From: an uncultured Chthonomonadaceae bacterium
GTDB taxonomy: Bacteria; Armatimonadota; Chthonomonadetes; Chthonomonadales; Chthonomonadaceae
Assembly: GCA_963835065.1 (NCBI GenBank)
Contig: CAWIEK010000011.1
Span: forward strand, 105,145 to 169,144
Direction of reading: 5' to 3'
Length of the DNA stretch: 64,000 nucleotides
Both the position numbers and the translations under genes were made by a program. Below the pieces are notes generated by a model that was given only the letters and a program-made list of their open reading frames with translations, made no database searches and was not told the origin of the DNA. The first letter of the stretch is position 1. Each line of letters starts with the position of its first letter. This document shows, piece after piece, positions 1 through 10,241 of this stretch.

Positions 1-282
1 CCGATTGTCACCACGTCCATTGCGCCCAACGCGGAATTGATCCAACACGATGTCACGGGGCAGATCGTGCCCCTTCGCTCACCGCAGGCGGTTGCGCAGG
101 CGATAGCGCGTTTTGTTGAGAGTACCTCCTTAGCCGAACGCTGTGGGGCTAATGCGCGCGAACGCGCGGTGAAACGCTACACGATTTCGCGCATGTGCCG
201 CGAAACCTGGGACTTGTACCAAACGCTGTCGGCAGAAAAGCAAACCTACAGCCCACCCGCTCACGCCACGCTGCCGGTCTGA
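1..282 (+). CDS. Glycosyltransferase family 4, C-terminal fragment (5' end outside the window)
   Basis: Open frame from the window edge: PIVTT..ELIQHDVTGQIVP..A.AI..L..G..ARER...Y matches the GT4 C-terminus; sits next to a sugar transferase. Confidence 0.75.
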   Translation, partial: PIVTTSIAPNAELIQHDVTGQIVPLRSPQAVAQAIARFVESTSLAERCGANARERAVKRYTISRMCRETWDLYQTLSAEKQTYSPPAHATLPV

Positions 283-286
283 TTCC

Positions 287-1006
287 GTGGAGGATTGTAT
301 TGTAATGGATAGTTCTCATTTGATGGACGAGGTGAATGTCGCAGACGTCGCGCGCAACGGCGTCGGGTTGACGGGTTCACCGGAAAGTTCAAGCGAAAAG
401 GGCTTGCGTGTCGCCGGGTGGCAGGCGGGAATGAAGCGCGGGCTGGATATTTCGGTTTCGCTGCTGCTGCTTGCCGCGCTCAGTCCGCTTCTGCTGCTGA
501 TCGGGCTGGCGGTGCGCCTGACTTCCCCCGGCCCCGTTTTGTTTCGCCAGAAGCGGTTGGGGCGCAAGGGCGCGATCTTTGCGATCTGCAAGTTTCGCAC
601 CATGCGCAATGATGCGCCGGACATTCGCAACGCGGACGGCTCGGCGTTCAGCAGCGAACACGATCCGCGCGTCACGCCGATTGGCAAATGGCTGCGCAAA
701 ACCAGCCTGGACGAACTGCCGCAGTTTCTAAATGTGCTGGCGGGCAGTATGAGTCTGGTCGGCCCGCGTCCCGATCAGGCGGATCAACTGGCGTATTATA
801 CGGAAGCGGAAAAACAGCGGTTGGCGGTCAAGCCGGGAATTACGGGATTGGCGCAGATCAGCGGGCGCAATCTGCTGTCCTGGGAAGCGCGGAAGCAGTT
901 GGACATTACGTATGTGCGGCAATGGTCGCTGCGTCTCGATCTCATAATTTTGGCGCGAACTCTGCCGTACGTCCTGCTTCAGCGCGGCGTTAATGCGCAG
1001 GGGTAG
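287..1006 (+). CDS. Polyprenyl-phosphate sugar phosphotransferase (Bac_transf)
   Basis: Motifs KRGLD, KFRTM, DPRVT..G..LRKTSLDELPQF.NVL.G.MSLVGPRP, KPGITGLAQ. Confidence 0.95.
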   Translation: MEDCIVMDSSHLMDEVNVADVARNGVGLTGSPESSSEKGLRVAGWQAGMKRGLDISVSLLLLAALSPLLLLIGLAVRLTSPGPVLFRQKRLGRKGAIFAICKFRTMRNDAPDIRNADGSAFSSEHDPRVTPIGKWLRKTSLDELPQFLNVLAGSMSLVGPRPDQADQLAYYTEAEKQRLAVKPGITGLAQISGRNLLSWEARKQLDITYVRQWSLRLDLIILARTLPYVLLQRGVNAQG

Positions 1007-1033
1007 CCGTCGCCCTTCGGCTGTAGAAACGCA

Positions 1034-2089
1034 TTGTTACCCATGAGCATTGCCCGTCGTGCCAATGCAGAAACAGAAAAGAGCAGAGTTATGCTAAATA
1101 TGGAGCCTTACGAAGTAGATATGTGGCCTTGCGTGGCGAAATTGTTGGCGCAATGGAAATACATGCCGTATGCGCAAAGTCGCTATGGAGTGGCGGCAGC
1201 GACATCGTTATGGTTGGAGCGGACGGAGAAGGTTCTTGGTAATTCATCCGCACAAGCGCTGGTGGCGATGGACGCGGACGCGCCCATTGGTTTGGGCGTC
1301 CTGACGCCGCTGCCCTGGGATGGCGAGCAGATCGGCATGGCGGCGGCGCGGCTGGACTGCTTAATCGCAAGCGGCGATTATACGCGGCGGCATGACATTC
1401 TTGATATGCTGATTGCGCGACTGGTGACGGAAGCGGAGCGGCAGAACATTCGTCATCTGAGCGCGCGCATTGACGCCGGCAACCTTGCCGCCACTCATGC
1501 TTTGGAACAAGCGGGTTTGCAGATGATGGACGGCTTGCTCACGTTTGCGCTGGATTTAACGACTGCGCCCCTACCGGAAAATGCCAACGCGCAGCCCGCA
1601 CAGGAACGCTCATTCCACTTGCGGCTGGCGACGGCGGAAGATGCGGAACGGGCGGGGCAATTGGCCTACGGCGCGTATCAGCATGACCGCTTTCATGCCG
1701 ACCCCGCTATTGCGCCGGAAAAGGCGGACGCGCTTCATGCCTGCTGGGTGCGCAATGCGTGTCGCGGGCATGCGGCGGATGGGGTTATTCTGGCCGAAGA
1801 AGGAAACGAACTGCTCGGTTTTGTCACCTGCAAACTGCATCGGGACGCGCAGGCGCATTTCGGCGCGGCAACGGGAACCATCGCGCTTGTCGCTGTCGCA
1901 GAAGCGGCGCGTGGCTTCGGCATAGGGCGGGCAATGACAATGGAAGCCCTGCGCTGGATGCGGGGGCAGGGCGTGGAACTGGCGGAAGTCGGCACACAGA
2001 TAAGCAACATCAGCGCAAGCCGCCTGTATGAGCAATGCGGGTTTCGGCTGGCCGGCAGCAGCCTGACGTTTCACAAGCTGCTGATTTGA
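1034..2089 (+). CDS. Tandem GNAT acetyltransferase, WecD/RffC (dTDP-fucosamine acetyltransferase)-like
   Basis: HDRFHADP motif; acetyl-CoA motif RGFGIG; GTQISNISASRLYEQCGF; polysaccharide-locus context. Start may be ATG 1091. Confidence 0.8.
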   Translation: MLPMSIARRANAETEKSRVMLNMEPYEVDMWPCVAKLLAQWKYMPYAQSRYGVAAATSLWLERTEKVLGNSSAQALVAMDADAPIGLGVLTPLPWDGEQIGMAAARLDCLIASGDYTRRHDILDMLIARLVTEAERQNIRHLSARIDAGNLAATHALEQAGLQMMDGLLTFALDLTTAPLPENANAQPAQERSFHLRLATAEDAERAGQLAYGAYQHDRFHADPAIAPEKADALHACWVRNACRGHAADGVILAEEGNELLGFVTCKLHRDAQAHFGAATGTIALVAVAEAARGFGIGRAMTMEALRWMRGQGVELAEVGTQISNISASRLYEQCGFRLAGSSLTFHKLLI

Positions 2090-2244
2090 AAATAGCCGCG
2101 AATGAACACGAATAGGCGGTATGATTTTAGCCATAGTTGTGTCCTGCATAGTAAAGAACATTCCTGCAATATCTCTATGCGCGTTTTCTTAGCGTTCCTG
2201 GCGCGTATGCAGGAGAGCATGGGATGAATGGCTAATAGGCAGTC

Positions 2245-2871
2245 ATGCCATACGTGCCATTTAGAAAAAAGGATCAGGCGGCTTCTCCCTATGGCCGCGC
2301 CACCGATCAGGGCTTGATTGCCGCCTGCGTGGGGGGAGAGGCTGCCGCGTGGGACGAACTTATCCGTCGCTACGCCGCCCTGATTTACTCCACTTGCCTG
2401 CGTATGGGCGTTTCGCAGGCGGACACTGAAGACGTCTTCCAAAATGTCTGCCTGATTCTGCTGAACCATCTGGCGGATTTACGCGATACGGCCAAACTTT
2501 CCGGCTGGTTGATTTCCACGACAAAGCGCGAGGCATGGCGCGTCCTGCGGCGGCAGGGCGCGACTCTGGCAACGGATATGGGCGAGGGCGCATGGGAAAT
2601 GGAAAGCGCGGAAAGCGTTTACCAGACCCATGCAGGCGCGAACCCGGAGGCCGATGTAATAGCCCTGACAGAGCAGCAATTGATGCGCGAAGCCCTGAGC
2701 CGCCTGCCTGACCGCTGCCGCGATCTCCTCACCCTGCTGTACGTTACTGAAAATCCGCTCAGTTATCAGGAACTTTCCGCAAAGTTCTCCCTTCCGATTG
2801 GAAGCATCGGCCCGACCCGCGCCCGCTGCCTGCAAAATCTCCGCAAACTCCTTCAGGAACTTGGCTATTGA
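2245..2871 (+). CDS. ECF sigma-70 factor
   Basis: Region 2: AWDELIRRY..DTEDVFQ..GWL; region 4: LPDRCRDLL..SYQELS..PIGSIGPTRARCL. Confidence 0.95.
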   Translation: MPYVPFRKKDQAASPYGRATDQGLIAACVGGEAAAWDELIRRYAALIYSTCLRMGVSQADTEDVFQNVCLILLNHLADLRDTAKLSGWLISTTKREAWRVLRRQGATLATDMGEGAWEMESAESVYQTHAGANPEADVIALTEQQLMREALSRLPDRCRDLLTLLYVTENPLSYQELSAKFSLPIGSIGPTRARCLQNLRKLLQELGY

Positions 2872-3145
2872 TCCTCTTGTCGCTTTTCCTCCCAATCTCC
2901 GCTTGCATTTGTTCTCCTGTTCCCTTTATTCCGGCAGCGAAAAACTTTCTGCAAAATTTTTGACAACATGTATTTTTCTGGATTTACTCGCCTCTATGGT
3001 ATGTGCCGTATGTGCCGCAGAACGTGGAGCAAACAAGGAAACCCTTGTGGCAATGTCGTATTGAGGATTTGTTGGGCGGTGGAAGTTTTTGCTCAAGTTT
3101 TTACTACAGAAGTCAGGTGCGGATACAGACGAGGGGAGCGAACCG

Positions 3146-3775
3146 GTGAAGCGTTGCGGAATAGCCTTTGAAACGTTGGCGGACTACCACGAGGGAAAAG
3201 CGGAAGCAGGCGCAACAGCGCAAATCCGCGAACACCTCGACCGGGATTGCCCGCATTGTCGGCAAAACCTCGCCTGGCTGGAGCGCGCGGAAGTTACGTT
3301 GCGGCAGGCGCAGCCCGTACAGGTTCCCGAAGCCGCGATGGAAAAGGCGCGCGCCCTGTTCCGCGAACAGTTCCGCCCCGCTGTTACGGCTTCCGCTCCC
3401 AATCCTGTTTTTGCCTGGCTGGCGAGTTTGCAGTTCGACAGCCGCAGCAGTACGCTTGCGCTGGCCGGGGCGCGCGGCGGGAAACGCGAAGGCGTTCAGC
3501 TTGTGTACAGCACCGAGGTTCACGACATTGATTTGTTTCAGGAGCCGAACGCGCAGGGAAGTTGGTATCTCATCGGGCAGGTGATGCCGCGCAATGGGGA
3601 AACGTCTATCGTGCCGAGCGAGATTGTTTTGACGGAGCAAAACGGCAGTCGGCTGACGTTTACGCCCGAAGGCGAGGAGTTTCATCTGCCTGCCGTTCCC
3701 GAAGGAATTTATGAGATCGCGCTGCGCCTGGCTGAAGGACAAATCACGCTTCCGAACGTCGGGGTCGGCCAATGA
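3146..3775 (+). CDS. Putative soluble zinc-binding anti-sigma factor with a C-terminal beta-sandwich domain
   Basis: HLDRDCPHC zf-HC2-like motif, FDS motif, no transmembrane segment; GTG start after a GAGGGGAG RBS. Confidence 0.7.
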   Translation: MKRCGIAFETLADYHEGKAEAGATAQIREHLDRDCPHCRQNLAWLERAEVTLRQAQPVQVPEAAMEKARALFREQFRPAVTASAPNPVFAWLASLQFDSRSSTLALAGARGGKREGVQLVYSTEVHDIDLFQEPNAQGSWYLIGQVMPRNGETSIVPSEIVLTEQNGSRLTFTPEGEEFHLPAVPEGIYEIALRLAEGQITLPNVGVGQ

Positions 3776-6700
3776 GCGATGTCATGCCCTTAGAGGATTC
3801 GATGAATGGCGGCGTTTCGGTGGAATCGTTATGCGAACGCCTGCTTAATCTGCCTGAATCGGCAGAGCGCGACGCGCTGCTGCAAGAAGCCGCCGGACTG
3901 CCGGATTGCCTGCCGTATCTGCTGCAATCAGCGCGCGAGCGGATGAATGGCGACACGACGGGAACGCTGCTGCGGGCGCGTCTTGCCGCCGCGCTTGCGG
4001 AACGGAGCGAGGATGGGACAGGCGGGGCGCAGGCATGGCGCGTAATTGGACAGGCTTTGCGCGTTCAGGGCGACCATACGAATGCGGTGACGGCGCTGGA
4101 AACGGCTGCTTCCTGTGCCATGCAGTCGGGTGACGCTCGGCTGGCCGCGCAGGTGCAGATTGGGCGTATTGACTCGCTGAACTGGCTTGGGCGCTACGAC
4201 GACGCGGTTCTGCTGGCTCGGCGTCTGGAAACCGAACTGCGCGCGCATGGCGAGGAAACGGATGCCGCCAAAGTCCTCGTGAATTTAGGCGCGCTGCACT
4301 ATCGGCGCGATCAGTACGCGCTTGCCCTGTCCTGCTACGAGCGCGCCCTGCAAACGCTGGAGCAAAGCGGCGAAGTGGTGGCTTGCGCCACCGTGCAGAC
4401 CAACATCGCTGCCGCGCTGATGGAACTGCATCGCGTGGACGAGGCGATTGCGCTTTTTGAGCAGGCGCGCGCCACGTTCGCCGCGCATGAATTGCTCACG
4501 CCCGCCGCCAAAGTGGATGCCAATGTCGGCTTTCTGCACTATCTTTCGGGACGCTACGCGCAGGCGATTGCCGCCCTGCTGCGGGCGCGCGAGGAGTTTA
4601 CGGCGCGGGGGCAAACGCTGGAAGCGGCCAAGTGCGACGCGGATGTGGCCGAATCCTACCGGGAACTAAATCTGTATCCCGAAGCCAGCGAAGCGTATGC
4701 CCGCGCTTCCCGCGAACTGGAATCCTTCGGCGTCGGCTACGAGCGCGCCCGCGTTGAATTGGGCCGCGCCGCCGTATCCATCGCGCAGGAACAGTTTGCG
4801 GACGCGCTGGCAAGTCTGGAAACGGCGGATTCGCTGTTTGCCGCGCACCGCAACGTGACCCAACAGGCGCGCGTCCGCCTGCTCCGCGCCCGCCTGCTGC
4901 GACAGGAAGGACGCCATGACGAAGCCATACAGGAGGCAAAGCGCGCGGCGCGAACCCTGACGCGCAGCGGCCTGCGCGGTTGGGCGGCGGAAGCGCGCCT
5001 GCTGCTGGCGGAAATGGCGGGCGAGGAGGGGAACGACGCAGTTCGCTCCCTGCATACGGTTCGGAACACGGCGCGGACAACGGCGCGCGGCTGGCTGGAA
5101 GCACAGGCGGAGCGCGCGCTTGGACGCCATTACCTGCGCAAAGGCAATGTGGGGCGCGGCCTGCGCCATTTGAAAGACAGCGTACAGGCGTTGGAGCAGG
5201 CGCGTACCCTGATTGCTCCCGAAGAGATGCACGTCTCGTTTTTGCGGGACAAACTGGCGATTTATGAGGAAACAGTGGGCGCGTTGCTGGCGCGCGGACG
5301 CAGGCAGGACATTGCGGATGCGCTGGAATACGTGGAGCGAGCAAAATCCCGTCTGCTCTTGGAACGGGTACAGGCCGCGCTGGACAGCCGCGCTCCTGCC
5401 GAGACCTACGCTGCCATCCCCAGCCCGCGAGCGATTGGCGACCCTACGCTCCGAACTGAGCCGAAGTTATCAAAAGCTGAATGTTGTGGATGAAAGCGAA
5501 GCGCGGCGTATCGGCGCGGCAGGGATTGCGGAAACGTCTGCCCTCAACGCGCTGGAACAGGAATATGCGGATGTGCTGCGCAAAGCAGAACGGACGTCTC
5601 ACGCTGCTTCCGGCCTGTTCAGCCTGCCCGACGTGGTTCCCACACAAGATTTGTCCGACCGGCTGCAAAGTAACGAAGCCTTGTTGGTATACTACACCGT
5701 TGGCGGGATGGTTTGCGCGTGGATTGTCACGCGGCAGGAAGTGCATTTCCGCGCCAACATCGCCGATCTGGAAGACGTCAGCCACGCCGCCCGCCGCCTG
5801 CGCTATCAATTGCAGCGCGTCGGGTGGGACGGTGAACTTTCGCAGCGACACGCGCTTCGGTTTCAGGCGGACGCGCAGGAAGTTCTCGCGCGGCTGTACG
5901 ACCTGCTGCTGCGCCCTATCACCGATTTGCTCACGAGGGAACACCTGGTTGTCGTTCCCCATGCCGAATTGCACGGCCTGCCGTTTCATGCGTTTTTTGA
6001 CGGCGCGCAGCCGGCGCTGGATCGCTGGGAAATCAGCTATGCGCCGAGCGCGGCTTTGTGGCACCGGGGCGCAATCCGGCAGCAGGCGGGCGGGGAAAGC
6101 GTCGCAAATTGGGCAGATGCGGAAGCTTTGCTTGTCAGCGTGCCGTCGCCCGGTATCGCGCAGGTAACGCGGGAAGTGGCGGCGTTGGCGCATTTATTGC
6201 CCCATGCCTGCGTTCTGCATGGCGAAGCGGCCACGCTCCGGGCGGTGCAGGCGCGCGCCGGGAATTGCCGCCTGCTGCACCTGGCGACCCACGCTTTGTA
6301 CCGCGCCGACAACCCTTTATTCTCCGGCTTGCAGTTGGCGGATGGCTGGCTGCTTGCGCGCGACCTGTACGCGATGCGCCTGCCCTGCGACCTGGCAACG
6401 CTGTCCGCCTGCCAAACCGGGGCGGCGCAGGTGGAATGTGGAGACGAGTTATTCGGACTGGTGCGCGGGTTTCTGGCGGCGGGCGTCCGATCCGTAGCCG
6501 CGAGTTTATGGCCCGCCGACGATCAGGCGACGGCGGCCTTGATGCAGGAATTTTATCCGCGTCTGTTGCAGGGGCAATCGAAAGCGGCGGCTTTGCGGGG
6601 CGCGCAGCAGGCGATGCGCCTTCGGTTCCCACACCCTTACCATTGGGCGGCCTTCGCGCTCATTGGCGAACGCGGCAACAGCGTTTCCGCGCCTGCCTGA
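3772..6700 (+). CDS. TPR + CHAT (caspase-like) protease; split by one frameshift near 5420 (probable sequencing error)
   Basis: ORF 3772..5493 carries TPRs and ERAKSR; ORF 5213..6700 carries the CHAT motifs LHGLPF, HLATHA, LSACQTG, ASLW, HPYHWAAF. Confidence 0.88.
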
Positions 6701-6826
6701 CTATCGCTCAGGACATACGCAAACCGGCGCAGCAGGAAAACATACAAAAAGATACACGGGTTAAAACCGCCGGAACAAAGGCGTCCGGCAGGGAACGCGC
6801 AGCAAGGAAAGATAGGAATAGCAATC

Positions 6827-8074
6827 ATGAAACAGGCTTCGATAACACAACATGCGAAAGGCAAGACTGTCCTGAAACTGCTGACCGCCGTATTTGCTTT
6901 GCTCACGATGTTCGGTGTGCGCGCCAAAGCGGACGACATCGTTGCCGGGCACGTTCTGGTACGGGTTGCGACCGGCGTAGACATTCGCGTTCTGGCGGCA
7001 AGTTACAATACCACCGCGCAGGATCAGGTTCCCGGAACCGACCTGTACAGTGTCGCCACGCCGCGCGGCACGAGTGAAACGCAGTTTGCCCAGAATTTGA
7101 GCAAGGACAAGCGCGTTCTGTATGCCGAGCCGGACCGTCTCATTATTTCCCCCGAAGTCGGCGGCAGTCCGTTTCATCTGGCGTTCGACTTCACGCCACA
7201 GCCGACTACGTATGTCAACTCCGTCAGCTATACGCAGGTGAATTTAGGGCAGGTGGACGCGCTGCATCAGATCAACGGGAGCCGCCCATTAGCGACGGGC
7301 TACGGCGTTGTCGTGGCGGTGCTGGATACGGGCGCGACGTTCACGCACCCGGATTTGCAGGGGCACTACCTGGTCGGCTACAACGCGCTTGCGCCCGATA
7401 CGCTTCCCCTGGACATCGCCGATGGCGCGACTAACGCGGAAGTGGGGCACGGCACGATGGTTGCGGGCGTGATTGCCCGTCTCGCGCCCCAGGCCGCCAT
7501 TCTGCCCATTCGCGTTCTCAACGGCGACGGCACCGGAACCCTGCTGAATTTGGTGAAAGGCATCCACTACGCGAACACGCACGGCGCGCGCATCATCAAC
7601 ATGAGTTTTGGCTGCTCGGTGAAATCCGGCGCGCTCAATGACGCCCTCGACGAGTCGGAACTGGCGGGCATCGTGCTGGTTGCCGCCGCGGGTAACAACA
7701 ATCTCAATCAGGCGCTCCCGCCTACGGTCAGCCGGGGAACCATTGCCGTCGCCGCCGTCGAGGGGGACAACACGAAAAGCCCGTATTCCAATTATGGCTC
7801 CTTTGTGCGCGTGGTTGCGCCCGGAAGCAACATTCGCAGCACGTATGCGGATGGCGGGTACGCAACCTGGTCGGGAACGTCGTTCGCCGCGCCGTTCGTT
7901 GCCGCCGAAGCCGCGCTGATTCTGTCCGTATCCCCGTCTCTGACCGCCGATCAAGTAAAAGACTACATCCGCTCCACCGCCCGCTCGGTAGACAATCAAA
8001 ACAAAGCCTACAAAGGGCAGCTTGGCAAGGGAATCATTGACATTGAATCCGCCGTGAAAGCGGCGCATCCCTAA
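6827..8074 (+). CDS. Secreted subtilase (peptidase S8) with propeptide
   Basis: Signal peptide; catalytic triad motifs VLDTG, GHGTMVAG, SGTSFAAP. Confidence 0.95.
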   Translation: MKQASITQHAKGKTVLKLLTAVFALLTMFGVRAKADDIVAGHVLVRVATGVDIRVLAASYNTTAQDQVPGTDLYSVATPRGTSETQFAQNLSKDKRVLYAEPDRLIISPEVGGSPFHLAFDFTPQPTTYVNSVSYTQVNLGQVDALHQINGSRPLATGYGVVVAVLDTGATFTHPDLQGHYLVGYNALAPDTLPLDIADGATNAEVGHGTMVAGVIARLAPQAAILPIRVLNGDGTGTLLNLVKGIHYANTHGARIINMSFGCSVKSGALNDALDESELAGIVLVAAAGNNNLNQALPPTVSRGTIAVAAVEGDNTKSPYSNYGSFVRVVAPGSNIRSTYADGGYATWSGTSFAAPFVAAEAALILSVSPSLTADQVKDYIRSTARSVDNQNKAYKGQLGKGIIDIESAVKAAHP

Positions 8075-8101
8075 ACGCACTATGATACGGACTTTTCATC
8101 C

Positions 8102-8292
8102 CAATATCGTTCAAATAAGAGTTCGTAGGGGCGTGATTCATCACGCCCGCAACGTACCGCATTCCGCAAAGGGCGCAACATATTGGAGGATGCAGGCGCA
8201 AGCATGGCAGAGGGCGTAAGCATGGCAGAGGGCGCAAGCATGGGAGGGCGCAATAAATTGCGCCCCTACGAACTTTTCTTTGAACTTGTTTT
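8102..8292. repeat. GTAG-type REP/MITE-like element with internal 18-nt tandem repeats
   Basis: GTAGGGGCG...CGCCCCTAC palindromes; its 31-nt end matches the reverse complement of 28045..28075 with one mismatch; ggcgcaagcatggcaga-like unit x3. Confidence 0.7.
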
Positions 8293-8296
8293 GAGT

Positions 8297-8332
8297 AAAA
8301 GCCGGGCTGGTGAACAGTCCGGCTTTTGTTTT
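8297..8332 (+). terminator. Intrinsic terminator (probably bidirectional)
   Basis: aaaagccgggctg-gtgaa-cagtccggctttt hairpin followed by T-rich sequence. Confidence 0.6.
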
Positions 8333-8507
8333 GCCGAATTTTGGCGCTTTACAGAAAAATATGTGGAAAAAGACCGCGAAAACTCTGCCTTGATGTATCA
8401 AAACCGGTTTGGCGTTCCTCTCCTGTCACGAAGAGCGCGCAGAACAAGATTAAGGTTCTGCAAGCCACACAGATTACTGTTCATTTCTCAGGAGGATTGA
8501 TTTCGCT

Positions 8508-9329
8508 ATGAAAGTTGTTACCACCATTTCCGCGCTGATTGCATCCCTGTCTGCGTTTGCCGCGTTCAACGCCGCGCCCGTCCGCGCCGATGTGACGGAT
8601 CGCCTGTATGACTTCACCGACGCCTACTACGCGCAGAACGGCATTAATCCCGCCAAACTCGCGGGGCGCAAGCAGGCTCCGTCCGCCAACGCCGTGATTG
8701 ACAAGCCCTTCTTTGCCTCGCAGCGCAATGTGCGCGTGATCGGCCTGGGCGGAACCTACACGGCCAACGGCTCCGTCGCCTACTTTGCGGTGATGGCGGG
8801 TTTCGGACCGGACGGCTTTACCAATGACGCAGCCGGGCAGCGCGCCCACCAGATCGCGGACACCTACATCGAATACATCTTCCCGCAGCGTAACGCCGAT
8901 CCGATAGGACTCGCCAATGCGCGGCAGGCTACGGTACAGGATACCGATCACGGGTATTTCAGCAACGATCCGCTCGGCCTGTGGCTGCACGTCTGGGTCA
9001 ACTACACGGATGCCGCCTTCAGCACCAAAGACGGCCAGAAGGCGCTGTCCGATCTGGCAAAGAAGAACGGGCTGGCGCTGGACGGCACACCGATTATCAA
9101 GACGACGAGCGACATTCAGAACTTGAACAGCAAGGGTTTTGTCACCCTGCGCACCCGCAATGACGGCCTGCGCTACGCCGTCTGCCCCGAAATCCGAGAC
9201 CCGCGCCGGGGCGGTATTTCCCCCGAGGCCTTCCTCAACACGGCACACAAGCCGGACGGCTCGCCGCTCGATTTCGCCTTCACCGTCAACTTCGACAGTC
9301 TCAAAAACACAGGCGAATGGGCGCGGTAG
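8508..9329 (+). CDS. Secreted hypothetical protein
   Basis: AGGAGG RBS, Sec signal peptide ending VRA-D, strong codon bias. Confidence 0.8.
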   Translation: MKVVTTISALIASLSAFAAFNAAPVRADVTDRLYDFTDAYYAQNGINPAKLAGRKQAPSANAVIDKPFFASQRNVRVIGLGGTYTANGSVAYFAVMAGFGPDGFTNDAAGQRAHQIADTYIEYIFPQRNADPIGLANARQATVQDTDHGYFSNDPLGLWLHVWVNYTDAAFSTKDGQKALSDLAKKNGLALDGTPIIKTTSDIQNLNSKGFVTLRTRNDGLRYAVCPEIRDPRRGGISPEAFLNTAHKPDGSPLDFAFTVNFDSLKNTGEWAR

Positions 9330-9546
9330 TACACGGCGGCATAAATATGCCTGCATAACCGGATTATAAAAATCCCGTTTGCAGGCATGCGACCAATCGT
9401 CCTAAAGACGAAAGAACTACCGGCGTATTTACGCCGTGATCTACTAAAAGGCTGGCGCATCGTCCTATTCAAAGTGCCCTGCGCAGACAGCGAAGGAGTA
9501 AAATTGTTGGCGGTTGAGTACAGCGCCTTGTTCGGCGGCGGGTACG

Positions 9547-9903
9547 TTATGCCTGAGGTTTGCGGATTCGCAAGACTCCGGGAGAAATAACCGTAAAAGC
9601 GTTTGGCATTTCTGCGCCATGTTCCTCCAGGACTTTGGATACGGTAGCGGCCTTCGTTAAAGACGCGAACCCCATAAGCCGGAGCAGAATGACGCCCCTA
9701 TGCACCAGCCGCTGCCGGTAAACAAGTTCGCCAAAATCTTTATCTTCAGTGACAAGCAATGCGCTATGCTCGTTGGCTCGCTGCAAAACAACTTCATCGG
9801 TGATGCCCGGTTCCATTTCCGCCACGTACAAGACATTGTGACTGTCGCGCCGCAGCCTTTCCACAACTTGCCTGTCAACACCTTCATCTGCCAGTAAATT
9901 CAT
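9547..9903 (-). CDS. DUF5615 PIN-like toxin
   Basis: LLADE, D..VL..A, LVTEDKDFGEL, GVILLR motifs; overlaps the DUF433 gene. Confidence 0.9.
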   Translation of the reverse strand: MNLLADEGVDRQVVERLRRDSHNVLYVAEMEPGITDEVVLQRANEHSALLVTEDKDFGELVYRQRLVHRGVILLRLMGFASLTKAATVSKVLEEHGAEMPNAFTVISPGVLRIRKPQA

Positions 9904-10148
9904 GCCGCTTGCTCAACCAGAGGGTAAATAACATCGGCCCGCAACGCTCGAGCGGCGAAGGCGACGGATGCCAGAACTGCCTGATGCGTGAGGCGCGGAT
10001 GCGCCGCCACAATTTGTTCGGCTGTTTCGCCCGCGCCTAACCGCTCTAAAATAGATTCAACTGTGATGCGCGTACCAACAATGACGGGCTTCCCCATCAT
10101 AATGTGTGGGTCTGATTGAATCGGTGAAGTGTCCATGTTTGCCTCCAT
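9900..10148 (-). CDS. DUF433 antitoxin
   Basis: DP.IM.GKPVI.GTRITV motif; start may be ATG 10136 (GGAGG RBS). Confidence 0.92.
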   Translation of the reverse strand: MEANMDTSPIQSDPHIMMGKPVIVGTRITVESILERLGAGETAEQIVAAHPRLTHQAVLASVAFAARALRADVIYPLVEQAA

Positions 10149-10241
10149 ATCTCATTATACCGCCTTTGGCGCTGTCGGTTCTTGCCAAATTGCACACCCT
10201 CTGCGAACGAGCCTGACAACGGCGGGCAATATCGCTTGCTT

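Noticed and set aside
9387..9590. 67-aa plus-strand ORF after the secreted protein
   Set aside because: No RBS or motif, and it overlaps the convergent toxin gene.
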